Source of the DNA: a virus | Length of the DNA stretch: 42,131 nucleotides | Strand: one strand, 5' to 3' | IMG/VR virus record: IMGVR_UViG_3300002064_000001 | Span: 1-42,131 of that record | In this document: positions 40,229 to 42,131 of the stretch, piece after piece | Numbering within the stretch: position 1 is the first letter of the stretch | How the letters are laid out: every line of letters starts with the position of its first letter | Made by a program: the position numbers and the translations under genes | Notes under the pieces: model-generated | What the model was told of the DNA's origin: nothing | The model's input: only the letters and a program-made list of their open reading frames with translations | Databases searched by the model: none

Positions 40229-41719
40229 ATGGATACTAAGTTAAAGAAAATAATTAAAAAAGGAGATGAAGCAAGAGCTTCATTAATTCGTGGGATTGAT
40301 GCTGTAGCAGATGTTGTTGAACCAACACTGGGACCAGGAGGACAGAACGTAGTAGTAGAACAAACCTTCTACAAAGCTATCGTTACTAACGATGGTATTC
40401 GTGTAGCCAAGCAAGCACTTAACGATGAATCTCTTAATGAGGTTGAACGTATTGGTGCACAGCTTATGGTTGACACTGTATCAGAGGAGGATAAGGATGC
40501 CGGAGATGGTACAACTACCACTACTTGTTTAACAAGACACCTTGCTCACAAGGCTCTTAAGATTCAAAATGATGGTGAGCTACCAATGAAACTTAAACGA
40601 CGTATAGAACAGGAGAAGGAAGAAGTTGTTGCTCTTATTAAAGAGAAAGCAAGTATGGACTTCTCTCTTGTTGATGTCGCAAACGTATCAATGGAGAATG
40701 AACAACACGCTAAAATCATTGCTGATATTTACACCAAGTATGGCTCTGATGTTGACATTAAGATTGCTTTCAATAAGGAATCAAACACTGTAGAAGTAGA
40801 AGAGACTGAAGGTTATACAACCCTAGGTGGATATGCTTCTCAGTATCTAGCAAGAGATAAATCTAAAATGGAATCAGTTATTAAGGAACCTATTGTATAT
40901 GTGTTCCAGGAAGTAATTGATGACGTTGATAAATTTATAGAGATACTTAAAGTTATTGACGCTGAGTATCAAGACCAACCTATTGTAATGTTTGCTGACG
41001 GATTCTCAGAAGAGATAATGAAAGCATCATTGGCATTACTTAATAAGTTTAGTAAAGATATTCACCTTGCTAAACGTTCACAATATAAACGAGTTGAAAC
41101 AGGTGAAGAGATTTGTGTATATACAGGAGCAACACCTACTTACATTGACAACTTCGATGTATCATTAGGTAGTAAACCAGTAGAACAAATTACTCTCCGT
41201 GCAACGAAGATTATTATTGAGAACAAACGTAGAGAAAAAGAAATTGAAGCATTCATTAATGAGATTGAAGATAACCAGAGTAGAGTAAATCGTTTACGTC
41301 AAGCTCTTGTTACTATTAAAGTTGGTTCACAAACTTATTCAGATACGAATTACTTACGACACAAGTATGAGGATGCTGTCAATGCAGTAGCCGGTGCACT
41401 TGAGGAAGGGGTCGTAGAAGGTGGAGGTAAATGCTTAGCTAAGATTGAAGCTCAGCTTGGACCTAACTATATTCTCTGGGGAATATTATCTAAACCTTAC
41501 AAGATTATTAAAGCTAATATGGGACTTACTGACGAGGACGAGCTAGACACTACAGGTGTTATAGACTCCGCTAAGACAGTACGTTCTGCCATAGAGCACG
41601 CATGTACCCTTGCTGGACTACTTGTTACTACGTCTACAGTTATTGCAACTAAGACAGGACAGCCTGAGTATAACGATGAGTCTGCTATGGATACCTCAGA
41701 ATTGCCGATTGCTGGCTAG
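40229..41719 (+). CDS. groEL: GroEL-family (Cpn60) chaperonin, short form (496 aa)
   Basis: GDEARASLIRGIDAVADVVEPTLGPGGQNVV, GAQLMVDTV..DAGDGTTTTT, YEDAVNAVAGALEEGVVEGGGKCL and GVIDSAKTVRSAIEHACTLAGLLVTT align with conserved GroEL equatorial-domain blocks. Confidence 0.9.
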   Translation: MDTKLKKIIKKGDEARASLIRGIDAVADVVEPTLGPGGQNVVVEQTFYKAIVTNDGIRVAKQALNDESLNEVERIGAQLMVDTVSEEDKDAGDGTTTTTCLTRHLAHKALKIQNDGELPMKLKRRIEQEKEEVVALIKEKASMDFSLVDVANVSMENEQHAKIIADIYTKYGSDVDIKIAFNKESNTVEVEETEGYTTLGGYASQYLARDKSKMESVIKEPIVYVFQEVIDDVDKFIEILKVIDAEYQDQPIVMFADGFSEEIMKASLALLNKFSKDIHLAKRSQYKRVETGEEICVYTGATPTYIDNFDVSLGSKPVEQITLRATKIIIENKRREKEIEAFINEIEDNQSRVNRLRQALVTIKVGSQTYSDTNYLRHKYEDAVNAVAGALEEGVVEGGGKCLAKIEAQLGPNYILWGILSKPYKIIKANMGLTDEDELDTTGVIDSAKTVRSAIEHACTLAGLLVTTSTVIATKTGQPEYNDESAMDTSELPIAG

Positions 41720-41721
41720 CA

Positions 41722-41730
41722 TGATATACT
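41722..41730 (+). promoter_or_regulatory. Extended -10 promoter TGaTATACT upstream of the phosphoesterase gene
   Basis: gcaTGATATACT, followed by the inverted repeat ATATACT...AGTATAT and an A/C-rich leader ending in ATGAAAACA. Confidence 0.45.
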
Positions 41731-41771
41731 ATATATGAATTAGTATATTATTAACTTAAAACAAACACAGC

Positions 41772-42131
41772 ATGAAAACAATAATCACAAGTCTCCAAAT
41801 AGGAGCAAAAGTAAACAAGGCTTTCTGGTCTAATATCCAGAGGTTTAAGAAGGAACATGGTGTTGACGAAGTGTTGGCGTTTGTAATGAACGGTCAATAC
41901 GTAGACGACATTATGCACCCATCAGTTAGACAATTAGTAAATAGCGGTGAGCTTAAACTAATTGAGCAACAGCAAGTTAACCTTCACACGAAAGTTAAGT
42001 TGTATGACACGAAGGTATTAGCCCAGAACATCAACCCTATGCACGGTCAATCAAATAAGTTACCTGAAAAGTATTCTTATATTATGCCGGGTACCAAGGT
42101 AAGATTCTTTACTGTAGCTAGTATAGGAACG
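41772..42131 (+). CDS. Metallophosphoesterase, N-terminal part (continues at position 50 after removing the 49-bp overlap)
   Basis: ATG at 41772 is in frame with ORF 2..1051 via the duplicated 49 bp (42084 - 41772 = 312). Confidence 0.7.
   Translation, partial: MKTIITSLQIGAKVNKAFWSNIQRFKKEHGVDEVLAFVMNGQYVDDIMHPSVRQLVNSGELKLIEQQQVNLHTKVKLYDTKVLAQNINPMHGQSNKLPEKYSYIMPGTKVRFFTVASIGT

Noticed and set aside
1-42131. Stop-codon reassignment, lysogeny module (integrase/repressor/excisionase), phage-encoded DNA or RNA polymerase, CRISPR arrays, rRNA
   Set aside because: All large ORFs are intact under the standard code. I saw no tyrosine/serine recombinase, polymerase palm motifs, or repeat-spacer arrays. 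Absence is based on motif recognition by eye only and should be confirmed by profile searches.

Overview
The window is a complete, circularly closed phage genome. Bases 1-49 are identical to 42083-42131, so the unique length is about 42,082 bp. It is AT-rich with a podovirus-like (T7-order) layout and two divergent arms. The minus-strand late arm (24811 down to 2419) runs small terminase, large terminase, mini-zincin, portal, scaffold, major capsid protein, two tail-tube/adaptor-like proteins, a 903-aa repeat-rich fibre, two internal-virion-like proteins (one of 1263 aa), a collagen-like fibre, then a holin / two-domain endolysin lysis cassette. The plus-strand early arm (25501 to 42131, wrapping to 1051) encodes many small Cys-rich or acidic proteins and a five-fold zinc-ribbon basic protein. 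It also encodes an SF2 helicase, a T4 Pnk-like polynucleotide kinase-phosphatase, a T4 gp1-like dNMP kinase and a RecU-like nuclease. Replication and recombination functions include an orphan zf-CHC2 protein, a P-loop helicase-like ATPase, a gp2.5-like SSB and a PD-(D/E)xK exonuclease. The arm ends with a GroEL-family chaperonin and a metallophosphoesterase that spans the contig junction. I could not recognise a DNA polymerase, RNA polymerase, integrase or repressor. The feature I consider most interesting is a self-contained minus-strand RNA operon at 1232-1674. It consists of an extended -10 promoter, a ~213-nt highly structured RNA closed by a perfect 18-bp helix, tRNA-Leu(UAA), a non-canonical tRNA-like element, and a terminator. 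Other notable points: a strikingly regular TGnTATAAT-N7-ATG (leaderless) architecture in front of late genes; almost complete absence of Shine-Dalgarno sequences; covarying hairpin repeats in early leaders; an origin-like control region (inverted repeats flanking an AT-rich core, perfect DnaA boxes, a G-tract); and several long-range inverted repeats in intergenic gaps. All coordinates of non-ORF features were counted by hand and may be off by 1-2 nt. Functional calls rest on motif recognition from memory, not on database searches.
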